In this document: in pieces, positions 55,683-63,866 of the stretch | How positions within the stretch are numbered: the first letter of the stretch is position 1 | Layout of the letters: every line of letters starts with the position of its first letter | Virus record (IMG/VR): IMGVR_UViG_3300030110_004856 | Location: 17,585 to 81,584 of that record | DNA length: 64,000 nt | Reading direction: 5' to 3' (one strand) | Source of the DNA: a virus | Notes under the pieces: model-generated | What the model saw: only the letters and a program-made list of their open reading frames with translations | Databases searched by the model: none | Told to the model about the DNA's origin: nothing | Program-made: the position numbers and the translations under genes

Positions 55683-56189
55683 CTAACTAAAGAGGTCTAC
55701 AGGTGGTTGGATTTCTACGTGTAAAGCAGTACTACTAATAGCAAGTCCAAGATTAACAAGGCTAGCGTAACCGCTTGCAGCGGTAACAGTTCCAGAAGCA
55801 GTACTGAACTCAGTAAGCTCCCCTTGAGACTTGGACAGATAATAATATTGTCCAGGAACTAGAGCAGTACCAGCAGTAATGTTGGCAGCACTTACGGTTG
55901 CAATATCGTCCAAATTGACCGAAACAGTGGCATTTTGCACCGCTGCCTCTGCAGTAAGGCCAATTGCTTGGTGTTGAGCTGCGTCCACACCGCTTGCGGC
56001 GGTAGCCGGGACTGCATAAACTCCACTCACATAAACGACCTCACCTTGAATAAGGTCAGCACCTGCTACAAAATCTACTAGAGATGTAGGTGAAGAAGAA
56101 GTAACACCGCCGCCATTAACGAGGAAAACGGGAGTGTCCCCAGGTTGAAATTCAGTGTACTTTCGATTGAAAATCGCCCGGTTAGTCAC
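55683..56189 (-). CDS. Capsid cement/decoration-like protein (DUF2190-like)
   Basis: 'AGADLIQGEVVYVSG...AIGL...LVPGQYYYLS...LGLAISST'. Confidence 0.55.
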   Translation of the reverse strand: MTNRAIFNRKYTEFQPGDTPVFLVNGGGVTSSSPTSLVDFVAGADLIQGEVVYVSGVYAVPATAASGVDAAQHQAIGLTAEAAVQNATVSVNLDDIATVSAANITAGTALVPGQYYYLSKSQGELTEFSTASGTVTAASGYASLVNLGLAISSTALHVEIQPPVDLFS

Positions 56190-56237
56190 TACTTACACCC
56201 AGACTTCGTCTCTCTAATCATAGTCCATGTTCGATAC

Positions 56238-56327
56238 TTATTCGTCATCACGGGGATTGATCGCCATTAAACAAAAACCCATGAGGTACAGAAACCCAAG
56301 GGCTCCAACAGCGATAATAGTTCCCAT
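56238..56327 (-). CDS. Tiny membrane peptide
   Basis: MGTIIAVGALGFLYLMGFCLMAINPRDDE, read by eye. Confidence 0.4.
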   Translation of the reverse strand: MGTIIAVGALGFLYLMGFCLMAINPRDDE

Positions 56328-56331
56328 GTAC

Positions 56332-56838
56332 TTAGGTAGGTTCGACGGGCCAGGTGACAGTCCAGGGGAACCCTTCTTGTTCCGGCAACGCTCTTAAGGA
56401 CGCACGATAGTCAGCCCACACGCCTTTGCCATCCTCATCTAAAGGAGAATCAGTTAACTGAGTCCAGTCACATTCAGTTAGTTTCTTATTACGTAAGCTA
56501 CGTACACTACCTGCTTGAACTGCATCTACGTTAGCTTCATACTCAGCTTGCTTAGACAGTGCAGTAGTTGTAACACCATTTTCATCAACAGAATCAGTGA
56601 AAACAGGACCTACTATGTAGCGTGTAAACCAGTTTCCATTAATCTCCTGGACGCCGGATCGTACACTGGTCTGGTAAGGAGGAGTGCATACAGCAGCTGG
56701 CCCCTCAAAAACAGGGTCCACGCCGAAATTATCCATCGTTTCACGGCTAATAACCTTAGGAAACGAGGTGTTGGGGTGGCGGAAACGGAATTCAGATTCC
56801 GTAATTACCTCACCAGTGTCGCGAATACGTAATTCCAT
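56332..56838 (-). CDS. Tail fibre assembly chaperone
   Basis: 'VRSLRNKKLTECDWTQLTDSP...WADYRASLRALPEQEGFPWTVTWP'. Confidence 0.85.
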   Translation of the reverse strand: MELRIRDTGEVITESEFRFRHPNTSFPKVISRETMDNFGVDPVFEGPAAVCTPPYQTSVRSGVQEINGNWFTRYIVGPVFTDSVDENGVTTTALSKQAEYEANVDAVQAGSVRSLRNKKLTECDWTQLTDSPLDEDGKGVWADYRASLRALPEQEGFPWTVTWPVEPT

Positions 56839-56859
56839 AATTCGATTCTACTTTGAAGA

Positions 56860-58809
56860 TTAAGCAATCGCTATGAAGATAAAAGTACCTCCTACAGCGT
56901 TAAGATCGTTAGGGGCTGTTGCTGTTACTGTAAACCCAGCGGTTAGTGGGTCAAGCCAATCATTCCCCGAATAAGCATTACCAGGGTCTCCATCCATGGT
57001 ATATGCGTCTTCATTGCCGGTGCCAATGCCACGAATTGTGTCCCAATAAAGCCATTGACCGGCAACATCAGTGCGCTTGATCATCACAAACCTTGCGCCT
57101 CCCGTAAACCCACAGTCGACATCAACAGCAGCACCAGTTCCTGTGTAGCTACCTATTTTCGATATACCGTCTACAGATGCGAATAGCCAGGCGATAAAAA
57201 GTTGGCCGTTGTTATTAGTATCACCGCCTAATGCAGCACCAACCCTAAACACGCTTGAAGTGGGTGTTGTGTTGTCCCAACAGTAGATATCACTAATGTC
57301 TGCATTATCTCTATTGAGTCGCATATTTGTCCCCGGTCCAGAGGTTGCGTTGTAAACAGTAAAATCACTTGAAAATTGTCTGCCTTTTACAATGATCAAC
57401 TCTGGTACAGCTTGGAGATTATGAGATATGTTTTGCTGTCCAGTGTTTCCCACGGCTGAACCTGTTCCGGTGTAGCAAACTATATCCATGAAGCCGGGAG
57501 CACGGCGTAGAGTGTAATTAATGAAAGCACTACTACCCCAAAAACTTGTTTGCAAAAAGCCAAAGTTTCTTTCCCCATTGAAAAAACTAACAGTATTTAC
57601 TTCACTACCAATACCGGTAGCTAGATAAGAAATTGACAGACGAGAATACCAATATTTGTAAATATTACCAGTGCCCGGATTGTTGAAATCAATAAGCAGA
57701 TCTCCAAAGACTGTTGAGCTACTCAAGGAGCCACTGGTGTCACTAGCGGCTGACTGTAGATCGAACACTTCCGTTGCAGCTGCGGGCGGCTTATTCGGAC
57801 GGCGGATTGCTACGTAGATGTAAGTTTGACCTGTATTATTCGTGTCGCTATAGAGATTGTTCAGCGTAAACCCGGTCGCATTTAACCGCATAAAGTCATA
57901 AGACTGCTCTGCGTCACTAGCGTTTGGCTTTAAACTGGCATCATTGTAGCCTGACGGTATCCCACGCACATAGTCCGCAAGAGTCCAGTTAGTACTGCTT
58001 TGACTTGAGCTTTTTACCATCACCCATTGCGGTTCAAATCCAAGGTCAACAAAGACATCTGACGAACCTCCTCCCGTATATGACCCACACTTAATAATCG
58101 CCTCATTCCTGTCTGTGCCAAACGATTGAGCATCGTTAGCGAAAAGGTAAGCTACGTAGTTTTTGCCCGATGCGCTCCAAAGACTGCCTACTGTAAATTG
58201 AGTGGATGTAGGCGCAGTGTCATTCCAATAAATAGGGCTTGTGCTACTAGCATCAGTGTTGAAGCTCATACCAGATGTTGCACCCAGAGACGTGTGAAAA
58301 ATCGCCCAGTTTTGAGCATCATCCAGTGCCTTGACGAGTATAAAGCCCGGTGTAGTCCCTAGGTCATGGTCTATGGTTTGTGCTGCACCTGAACCTGAGA
58401 ATTTTTTTATCGTAAAAAATCCAGGTGCTTTCCGGAAGCTCCAGGAGGCAAAAGTTTCTGTCCCAAAATTCTGATTAGCTGGAAACTGTTGATTCCATGT
58501 AAAACCATTACTGTTGTAGGTTATTGCATCTGTATATGCGGTGCTTTCTCCGTTTAAGAGGTTAGTACTTAGAGATGGAGTTGTCCCTCTTTCGGTGTCA
58601 AATAAATAATGGTCTCTTGTTGTATAGTATCCAGAACGCCATTTCGCCCAAACCAATCCCCCTTCACCGTTTAAATCAATCCCATTCGTGATTGTTTGAG
58701 TGCTGCCGTTGCCGTCATACAAAAACGTACTAAAAACGTCATCAACATAAATAGGGTCACCTGCTGCACCAGCAGCACCTTCCATTAGACGTTGAGTAGT
58801 AGGATCCAT
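56860..58809 (-). CDS. Tail fibre protein
   Basis: Repeated 'Y.GNG/GSYTG.G...GFEPQWVMVK' modules typical of cyanophage fibres; followed by a chaperone gene. Confidence 0.8.
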   Translation of the reverse strand: MDPTTQRLMEGAAGAAGDPIYVDDVFSTFLYDGNGSTQTITNGIDLNGEGGLVWAKWRSGYYTTRDHYLFDTERGTTPSLSTNLLNGESTAYTDAITYNSNGFTWNQQFPANQNFGTETFASWSFRKAPGFFTIKKFSGSGAAQTIDHDLGTTPGFILVKALDDAQNWAIFHTSLGATSGMSFNTDASSTSPIYWNDTAPTSTQFTVGSLWSASGKNYVAYLFANDAQSFGTDRNEAIIKCGSYTGGGSSDVFVDLGFEPQWVMVKSSSQSSTNWTLADYVRGIPSGYNDASLKPNASDAEQSYDFMRLNATGFTLNNLYSDTNNTGQTYIYVAIRRPNKPPAAATEVFDLQSAASDTSGSLSSSTVFGDLLIDFNNPGTGNIYKYWYSRLSISYLATGIGSEVNTVSFFNGERNFGFLQTSFWGSSAFINYTLRRAPGFMDIVCYTGTGSAVGNTGQQNISHNLQAVPELIIVKGRQFSSDFTVYNATSGPGTNMRLNRDNADISDIYCWDNTTPTSSVFRVGAALGGDTNNNGQLFIAWLFASVDGISKIGSYTGTGAAVDVDCGFTGGARFVMIKRTDVAGQWLYWDTIRGIGTGNEDAYTMDGDPGNAYSGNDWLDPLTAGFTVTATAPNDLNAVGGTFIFIAIA

Positions 58810-58814
58810 TTATA

Positions 58815-59408
58815 TCAAGTGGTGTAGTCAACAAGAGAAGATGCACGCCAGGTACTGCCAGAATTATCAGTAACGAACATGAACAAATGAGTCTTGCCTG
58901 TAGTTAGGGTCGGAGCCGTATCTGCTGGCCACTTAATTGAGCTGTCCCAAGTGATCGTACCGCCAGTGTTCTCAACTTCGTAAGTAAGACTATAAGACCC
59001 AGCAGGATAAGGACTGATAAACGTTACAGTAGAGTCGGTGCTCAGAGTGGCAGTAAAGTAATTGCCAGAAGCCACGGGGATGCCGCTTCCGTTTGCACCC
59101 AATGCAGTGACAACGGAACGAAGCTGACCGTCAATAATTCCGCCTGAAATAGCAAGCTTGGTCGAATCCGCGTAAGGAATGGCTGCGTTACCTGAAGCCA
59201 GAGCTGTACTGGCATCAACAAGCGCAGCATTACCGGAAGCAAGAGCTTCGTGTGCTACATCTCCACTAGAACTAGGCGCATAACGTACATCTAAAACGCC
59301 AATATCTACCCTTTGGTTAGTTACACCAGAGGCTCTGACAATAGGAAAGTAATCACCGCTCGCAACCGTTGTAATCGCACCAAGTTGCGAAATCTTTAGG
59401 CTTGCCAT
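58815..59408 (-). CDS. Tail fibre-associated structural protein
   Basis: 'KISQL' N-terminus, ALASGNAA repeats, 'WDSSIKWPADTAPTLT'. Confidence 0.7.
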   Translation of the reverse strand: MASLKISQLGAITTVASGDYFPIVRASGVTNQRVDIGVLDVRYAPSSSGDVAHEALASGNAALVDASTALASGNAAIPYADSTKLAISGGIIDGQLRSVVTALGANGSGIPVASGNYFTATLSTDSTVTFISPYPAGSYSLTYEVENTGGTITWDSSIKWPADTAPTLTTGKTHLFMFVTDNSGSTWRASSLVDYTT

Positions 59409-59413
59409 GCGAT

Positions 59414-59893
59414 TTAAGCAGATGCGGTCTCTAGATCAATAGTCGATCCGTCTTCTAATAATAACGCGTCAATCGATATTCCGAAACTGGATTCAAGAAG
59501 GATAACTGAATTTGGATTAACGGTAAGCTGAGGGGGTATAGTCTCAATAGATAAAGTTGTGGGAGTGATTACGCGGCCTACATTAGTTAAAAAAGCATCT
59601 AGAGAGACAGCTGCTAACTCAGCAAAAAACTCACTAGAAGAGATTAGTAAACCAGGAGTGATAATAGATAAAAACCTAAAGTCACCAGGAGTCAGACCAG
59701 AATAACCAGTGTAAACTCCATCAGCGTTGACACGAAGTATGGCCCCAGAGCTTACCGTATCGATTGCAATCCCAAGAACCGATGCTTTAGTAACTGTGTC
59801 AGCTGCGGCAAGTGCAGCCTGACCGGTTGAAGTCACATAGACCGCGTTTCCAGCAGAAATGTTTTCGCTAGCAATTAAACTCGCAATCGCCAT
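59414..59893 (-). CDS. Capsid cement/decoration-like protein (DUF2190-like)
   Basis: 'ASENISAGNAVYVTSTGQAALAAAD...VLGIA...GLTPG'. Confidence 0.55.
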   Translation of the reverse strand: MAIASLIASENISAGNAVYVTSTGQAALAAADTVTKASVLGIAIDTVSSGAILRVNADGVYTGYSGLTPGDFRFLSIITPGLLISSSEFFAELAAVSLDAFLTNVGRVITPTTLSIETIPPQLTVNPNSVILLESSFGISIDALLLEDGSTIDLETASA

Positions 59894-59919
59894 CTCTGCC
59901 TAAACCCATATTCTTAAGT

Positions 59920-60051
59920 TTAGCGCTTTCCCTGACCACGGTATTTCTTCTTGCCTTTACGTTCTGGACGTGAGTGACGACCATTGCCAATAGCAGTGGT
60001 TTTTGGTTTAGAAAAAATGTGGTTAGAAGCGTCCGATTTAGCCTTGGCCAT
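59920..60051 (-). CDS. Small basic protein (KKYRGQG motif)
   Basis: MAKAKSDASNHIFSKPKTTAIGNGRHSRPERKGKKKYRGQGKR, read by eye. Confidence 0.6.
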   Translation of the reverse strand: MAKAKSDASNHIFSKPKTTAIGNGRHSRPERKGKKKYRGQGKR

Positions 60052-60099
60052 TGGTATGCAGTAGTTCTAGTCAGCTTAGCGACTGACAACAAACTGTCA

Positions 60100-61044
60100 T
60101 CAAGGATTTGCGTCAACCCAAGTAGTGCCATTCCATACTTTGAGTGCGTTGGCTGTATCGTCGTACCAACCTTCTCCAGGAACCTGGGCAGAAGGTGCAG
60201 CAGTTGAGTAAGCGAAGGAACGACGAGGACCAGACTCGTACCAACCAGAGGTGGCAGCGTCGTACACAAATATCGACCCCACCAGTTCGTGGAAGAAAGC
60301 CGATCCATCGCGAGGTGGCGCGTTAGTTCCTGTGCCCGAAGGAGGAGTAGTGCCCTTAAGAATAATTCCTTCAGCGTTGGTTTGATACCAATCCGGTTGA
60401 GCGACAGAACCGCCGGATGCGTAAACAAACATTCGACCTTGGTTAACGTCGAACCACAGATCACCGGTTCCGTAACCAGTACCGGGAGAGCCAGAAACAG
60501 TGACAGATACGCCGCTTATAACGGTGCCTCCACCGCCCCCTCCTTGGGTATCGGTGCCGCTAATAATGACATTATTACCGCTATACGTAATAGTGACGGA
60601 ACCTTCGTCGAGGAAGTGACCTGAAACTACGTTGTCGTACACCTCGTCGTAGTTGACGTTTACAACAGAACCACCTTGAGTCAGGTAAATACCAGAGCCA
60701 GCTCCGATTGAAATACCCGAAGCTGAAACAACAGATGCATTGATGATTGTGGTACTGCCAGAAGCAGTGAAATAAATACCCGAACCTGGAGCAATATTCG
60801 CTGAACCTCCTCCCCCTCCAGAAATACCGGATATAGAGGTGTTTAAGTCTTCTAAAGCTCTGACAACACCATCGAAATTAGCTTCATAACCGTAGGGACA
60901 CCGAGAGTAAGAAACTGTTCCCACGCCACTAACCGTGTCGATGATTGATGAAATAACGGTAACTATGCCGTTAAAATTAGCCTCATGCAGAGCACGAGGT
61001 AGAGAGCCGTGCGTTACACACGGAGGAATATTTCTTTCCGGCAT
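60100..61044 (-). CDS. Tail fibre-type structural protein
   Basis: Three 'GDLWFD...MFVY / GWYDD...LKVWNG' knob repeats; Ser-Gly-rich. Confidence 0.7.
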   Translation of the reverse strand: MPERNIPPCVTHGSLPRALHEANFNGIVTVISSIIDTVSGVGTVSYSRCPYGYEANFDGVVRALEDLNTSISGISGGGGGSANIAPGSGIYFTASGSTTIINASVVSASGISIGAGSGIYLTQGGSVVNVNYDEVYDNVVSGHFLDEGSVTITYSGNNVIISGTDTQGGGGGGTVISGVSVTVSGSPGTGYGTGDLWFDVNQGRMFVYASGGSVAQPDWYQTNAEGIILKGTTPPSGTGTNAPPRDGSAFFHELVGSIFVYDAATSGWYESGPRRSFAYSTAAPSAQVPGEGWYDDTANALKVWNGTTWVDANP

Positions 61045-61062
61045 CAGTAATAAACGCCCTCC

Positions 61063-61263
61063 CTATTTTGAGTTTAGCTCATTTCTATAGCTGCTTTCAC
61101 CTTTTACCACTAATGACCCATTAGGAGCATGAAAAGTGAACTCTTCTGCCAACTTCCAAGCAGGTACTCCTAGAAGATCAGCCTTGCGTTTAAGGGCGCT
61201 CCAAGAAAGGTCTGCTGAAACTTGCAGATGAGTTGAAGCCATGAGTCTCATGCAATTACTCAA
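61063..61263 (-). CDS. Hypothetical small protein
   Basis: Start probably at MASTHLQ. Confidence 0.45.
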   Translation of the reverse strand: MSNCMRLMASTHLQVSADLSWSALKRKADLLGVPAWKLAEEFTFHAPNGSLVVKGESSYRNELNSK

Positions 61264-61329
61264 AGCTTAACAAATTAAGAAGAAAACCGCAAAGGTCATA
61301 AAAAATAGCCCCGAAGGGCCATACGAGAT

Positions 61330-62058
61330 CTACTCAGGAAGGATGTGCCACTTATCGTGTTTACGCAGAAACTGAATAATCTCTTGACTCTTCAGCTGCT
61401 GTAGAGCATTAGACACCTCCGCTTTCCACGGTGGATTACTATTTCTGCCTGGAGGAGTATCAGCAGTGCTCCACTGAAACTTACCGTTCTCTAAATAGTC
61501 ACTCTCCACAAAACTGGCGATCTCGTCAAACGAAATTAGAGTTCTGTTCGCTAGACGCCGCTCTTCGACAAAGTCACCAACGATGTCCTTGGCATCTTCC
61601 AGAGAAAGCTGAGGTTTCTGCACAGGCGGAGAGTTTCCAGGAATTCTCCTAATAACTTCAGGATTGTCAAAACCCTGTTTATGGGTTTGCTTGACTTGAT
61701 GAATGAGAGAAAACGCTTCTTTGCGGCATCTTGGAGAGATGTGGTCTTTCAGTGCCCTAATACCAGAAAGAAGACGCTCTTCTTGAGAGTCGAGGTCGCC
61801 ATAAAACCTGGAGTACTTACTGACATTTTCAATGAGGGAAATGCACTCAGAGACAGAGATGTCAGTACTCAACAGGTCTCCAAGAGTTATGTTTTTTGCG
61901 TTTTCCAGACAGTCTTTAGGAATAAGTCTGCCAACCTCCTCTGAAAGTCCTCGGAAAGAGTCCGGTTGATGCTGTGTAGCTGTGTAAGACATGAATGCAT
62001 AGGATATTTGGGTGACTCCTAAGAGTCCTGTAGAAGAGTAGCACCTTTTATGTCCCAT
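61330..62058 (-). CDS. Hypothetical protein with C-terminal winged-helix-like domain
   Basis: 'PPWKAEVSNALQQLKSQEII...KWHI' resembles Mrr_N-type wHTH. Confidence 0.55.
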   Translation of the reverse strand: MGHKRCYSSTGLLGVTQISYAFMSYTATQHQPDSFRGLSEEVGRLIPKDCLENAKNITLGDLLSTDISVSECISLIENVSKYSRFYGDLDSQEERLLSGIRALKDHISPRCRKEAFSLIHQVKQTHKQGFDNPEVIRRIPGNSPPVQKPQLSLEDAKDIVGDFVEERRLANRTLISFDEIASFVESDYLENGKFQWSTADTPPGRNSNPPWKAEVSNALQQLKSQEIIQFLRKHDKWHILPE

Positions 62059-62134
62059 CGTGATTATTTCTGATTACAACAAAGCCACGTGTTGTTCTTG
62101 TGTGTACCTAAGGTGAAAAGTTTTCAGAAAATGG

Positions 62135-62310
62135 TTTCTTGACAAAATGTCGTTGAGCTGAGATTTATATAGATATTTAAAATTATTTTTATAAATACAA
62201 GGGGTTTGACCATGTCGCGAAACTGAGACCGCATATAAAGTCCTGAAGCCGCGACTTGCGTCAAGGAATCCTTTGTTATAGAAAGTTTGAGTAAGGGGGT
62301 TTCGGACTCC
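62135..62310 (+). repeat. Dispersed non-coding element, copy C
   Basis: TTTCTTGACAAAATGTCG ... CGCGACTTGCGTCAAG-N5-CTTTGTTATAGAA-N20-GGACT. Confidence 0.75.
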
Positions 62311-62362
62311 CGTGAGCACCAGAGCAAACCATGCACTTATATGCGTTTCGTATGCTAGAATC

Positions 62363-63088
62363 ATGAGACAAGAACAAGAAAATCAAAGTGATTTGGACAA
62401 AACAACTCTGCTGACCCGGCTTTTTGGGGTTTTGGATCCTTCATTGGATGCCACGCCGCAAGGTTTGGTCGTTCGCACGAAAATTCAAGGTTTTTGGAGA
62501 GTTTCCGAGTACCGGAACGGCTCCTCTTTTACTTGTCTCTGTGGGCGATCAGAGCCTTTTTTCCTCCCTTCCGACCACGTCAAGCGCCATCCTCCTAGGG
62601 ATGCCTCTGCAGGCTGTCATGTCTGTCAAAACGCTCTGCACTCGGCTACAACCAAAGCTGAGAGGCTTGCCGCGTGGCTTGACTCTCGCAGGTCCCTAAT
62701 CAACAGGGAAGACCACCTAGAGCTTCCAGACGACTGTGGCCAGCTCTATATCAAAGATCCTCAAGAAAGCAACTCTTGCGCTATTATTCGCACACGTCAC
62801 TTTGTGTATACGCATTTCTATAGAAAACCTGTTCCCCCAGGTTTCTGTGTTACTAGCACCTGTAGAAACAGCTTATGCCTTAATCCACACCATCTATGTC
62901 TAAGTCCAACTCGTCGCAGCAAGCTCGATACGCGCATTCGAACATTGATCGAGAAGCTGTCCTCTCTGGGAATGTCTCCTCGAACGATCCAACTCTTTCT
63001 GCAAGAAGAGCACTCCGTCGAGCTTTCCGTCAGATCAGTGCAGCGGACAGTAAAAGAAGCAAAAGAATTAAAAAATTGCGTTTTCTGA
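62363..63088 (+). CDS. Zn-binding HNH/His-Cys-box-like protein with C-terminal HTH
   Basis: 'CLCG', 'CHVC', 'STCRNSLCLNPHHL', HTH 'MSPRTIQ...LSVRSVQR'; extended -10 TGcTAGAAT upstream. Confidence 0.7.
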   Translation: MRQEQENQSDLDKTTLLTRLFGVLDPSLDATPQGLVVRTKIQGFWRVSEYRNGSSFTCLCGRSEPFFLPSDHVKRHPPRDASAGCHVCQNALHSATTKAERLAAWLDSRRSLINREDHLELPDDCGQLYIKDPQESNSCAIIRTRHFVYTHFYRKPVPPGFCVTSTCRNSLCLNPHHLCLSPTRRSKLDTRIRTLIEKLSSLGMSPRTIQLFLQEEHSVELSVRSVQRTVKEAKELKNCVF

Positions 63089-63303
63089 TTTATGAGCTAC
63101 AGTCCATACAGCCAGCGGAGCTAGAACACATCTCGGGCGCTATAGGGCAGTCCAAAAACACAACCAGAGACCAACTAGACAAGCTAGTTTCTTGTGACTT
63201 AGTAGTAAAGATAGTGTTTGAAAAACACACCTTGTACTGCATAAACGGTTTCTACAACAAAACTATTTCCTCAAAAATCATTGATGGACTATTCGACAAC
63301 TAG
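62896..63303 (+). CDS. Winged-helix protein (true start probably near 63070)
   Basis: 'LEHISGAIGQSKNTTRDQLDKLVSCDLV...LYCIN'. Confidence 0.55.
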   Translation: MSKSNSSQQARYAHSNIDREAVLSGNVSSNDPTLSARRALRRAFRQISAADSKRSKRIKKLRFLIYELQSIQPAELEHISGAIGQSKNTTRDQLDKLVSCDLVVKIVFEKHTLYCINGFYNKTISSKIIDGLFDN

Positions 63304-63727
63304 TTTTAGAGAGGTGCCCACGCTTGTTGTTAAGTGGGATTCGGCTTTTGTTATCGAGAATCTCCCCCCTTGGGTTTACAAAAACCACCCAATGCCCGCA
63401 AGCATGAACGAGTGCAATGCGAAGCTCTCGTCTTTACAGCACACCCTTTCTGATATGGACCTTCAGATAGAGGTAAAAAGATGCGAAAAGAGGATAGCTG
63501 AGCTAACAGACGAGTCTTTTGATGAGATTGATTTTTACGAGCGTATTCGAAAAATACACAAAGCTAAACAGTCAACTCTGTACGTCATAAGTGCTCTAAA
63601 GTACTGGAAGCATCTCAACACAGATACAGTTTTTACTGAGTCTGACGACAAATTCACTACTCTTGTTGAGTTGCTGATCGAAGACCCACCAAATTTTGTA
63701 GATCAGGCAAGAGATCTACTAGACTGA
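63281..63727 (+). CDS. Hypothetical coiled-coil protein
   Basis: 148 aa. Confidence 0.6.
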   Translation: MMDYSTTSFREVPTLVVKWDSAFVIENLPPWVYKNHPMPASMNECNAKLSSLQHTLSDMDLQIEVKRCEKRIAELTDESFDEIDFYERIRKIHKAKQSTLYVISALKYWKHLNTDTVFTESDDKFTTLVELLIEDPPNFVDQARDLLD

Positions 63728-63752
63728 CGGCGACTGTTTAGCAAGAACCGCC

Positions 63753-63781
63753 TTGACAGTCACCGGAGGTTGAGGCATCAT
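63753..63781 (+). promoter_or_regulatory. Sigma70-type promoter
   Basis: TTGACA-N17-CATCAT. Confidence 0.5.
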
Positions 63782-63866
63782 TTTTGTGGTTTCTGACCCT
63801 CACGTAAGCCTCCTGGTTGCCAAGTACTTGGTGGCCTAGGGGGTCCTCCATTCTACTTTTTCTACT

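Noticed and set aside
59868-60464. 198 aa minus-strand ORF in the track
   Set aside because: Alternate frame of the fibre gene; only the C-terminal region overlaps a real small gene, which is in another frame (59920-60051).
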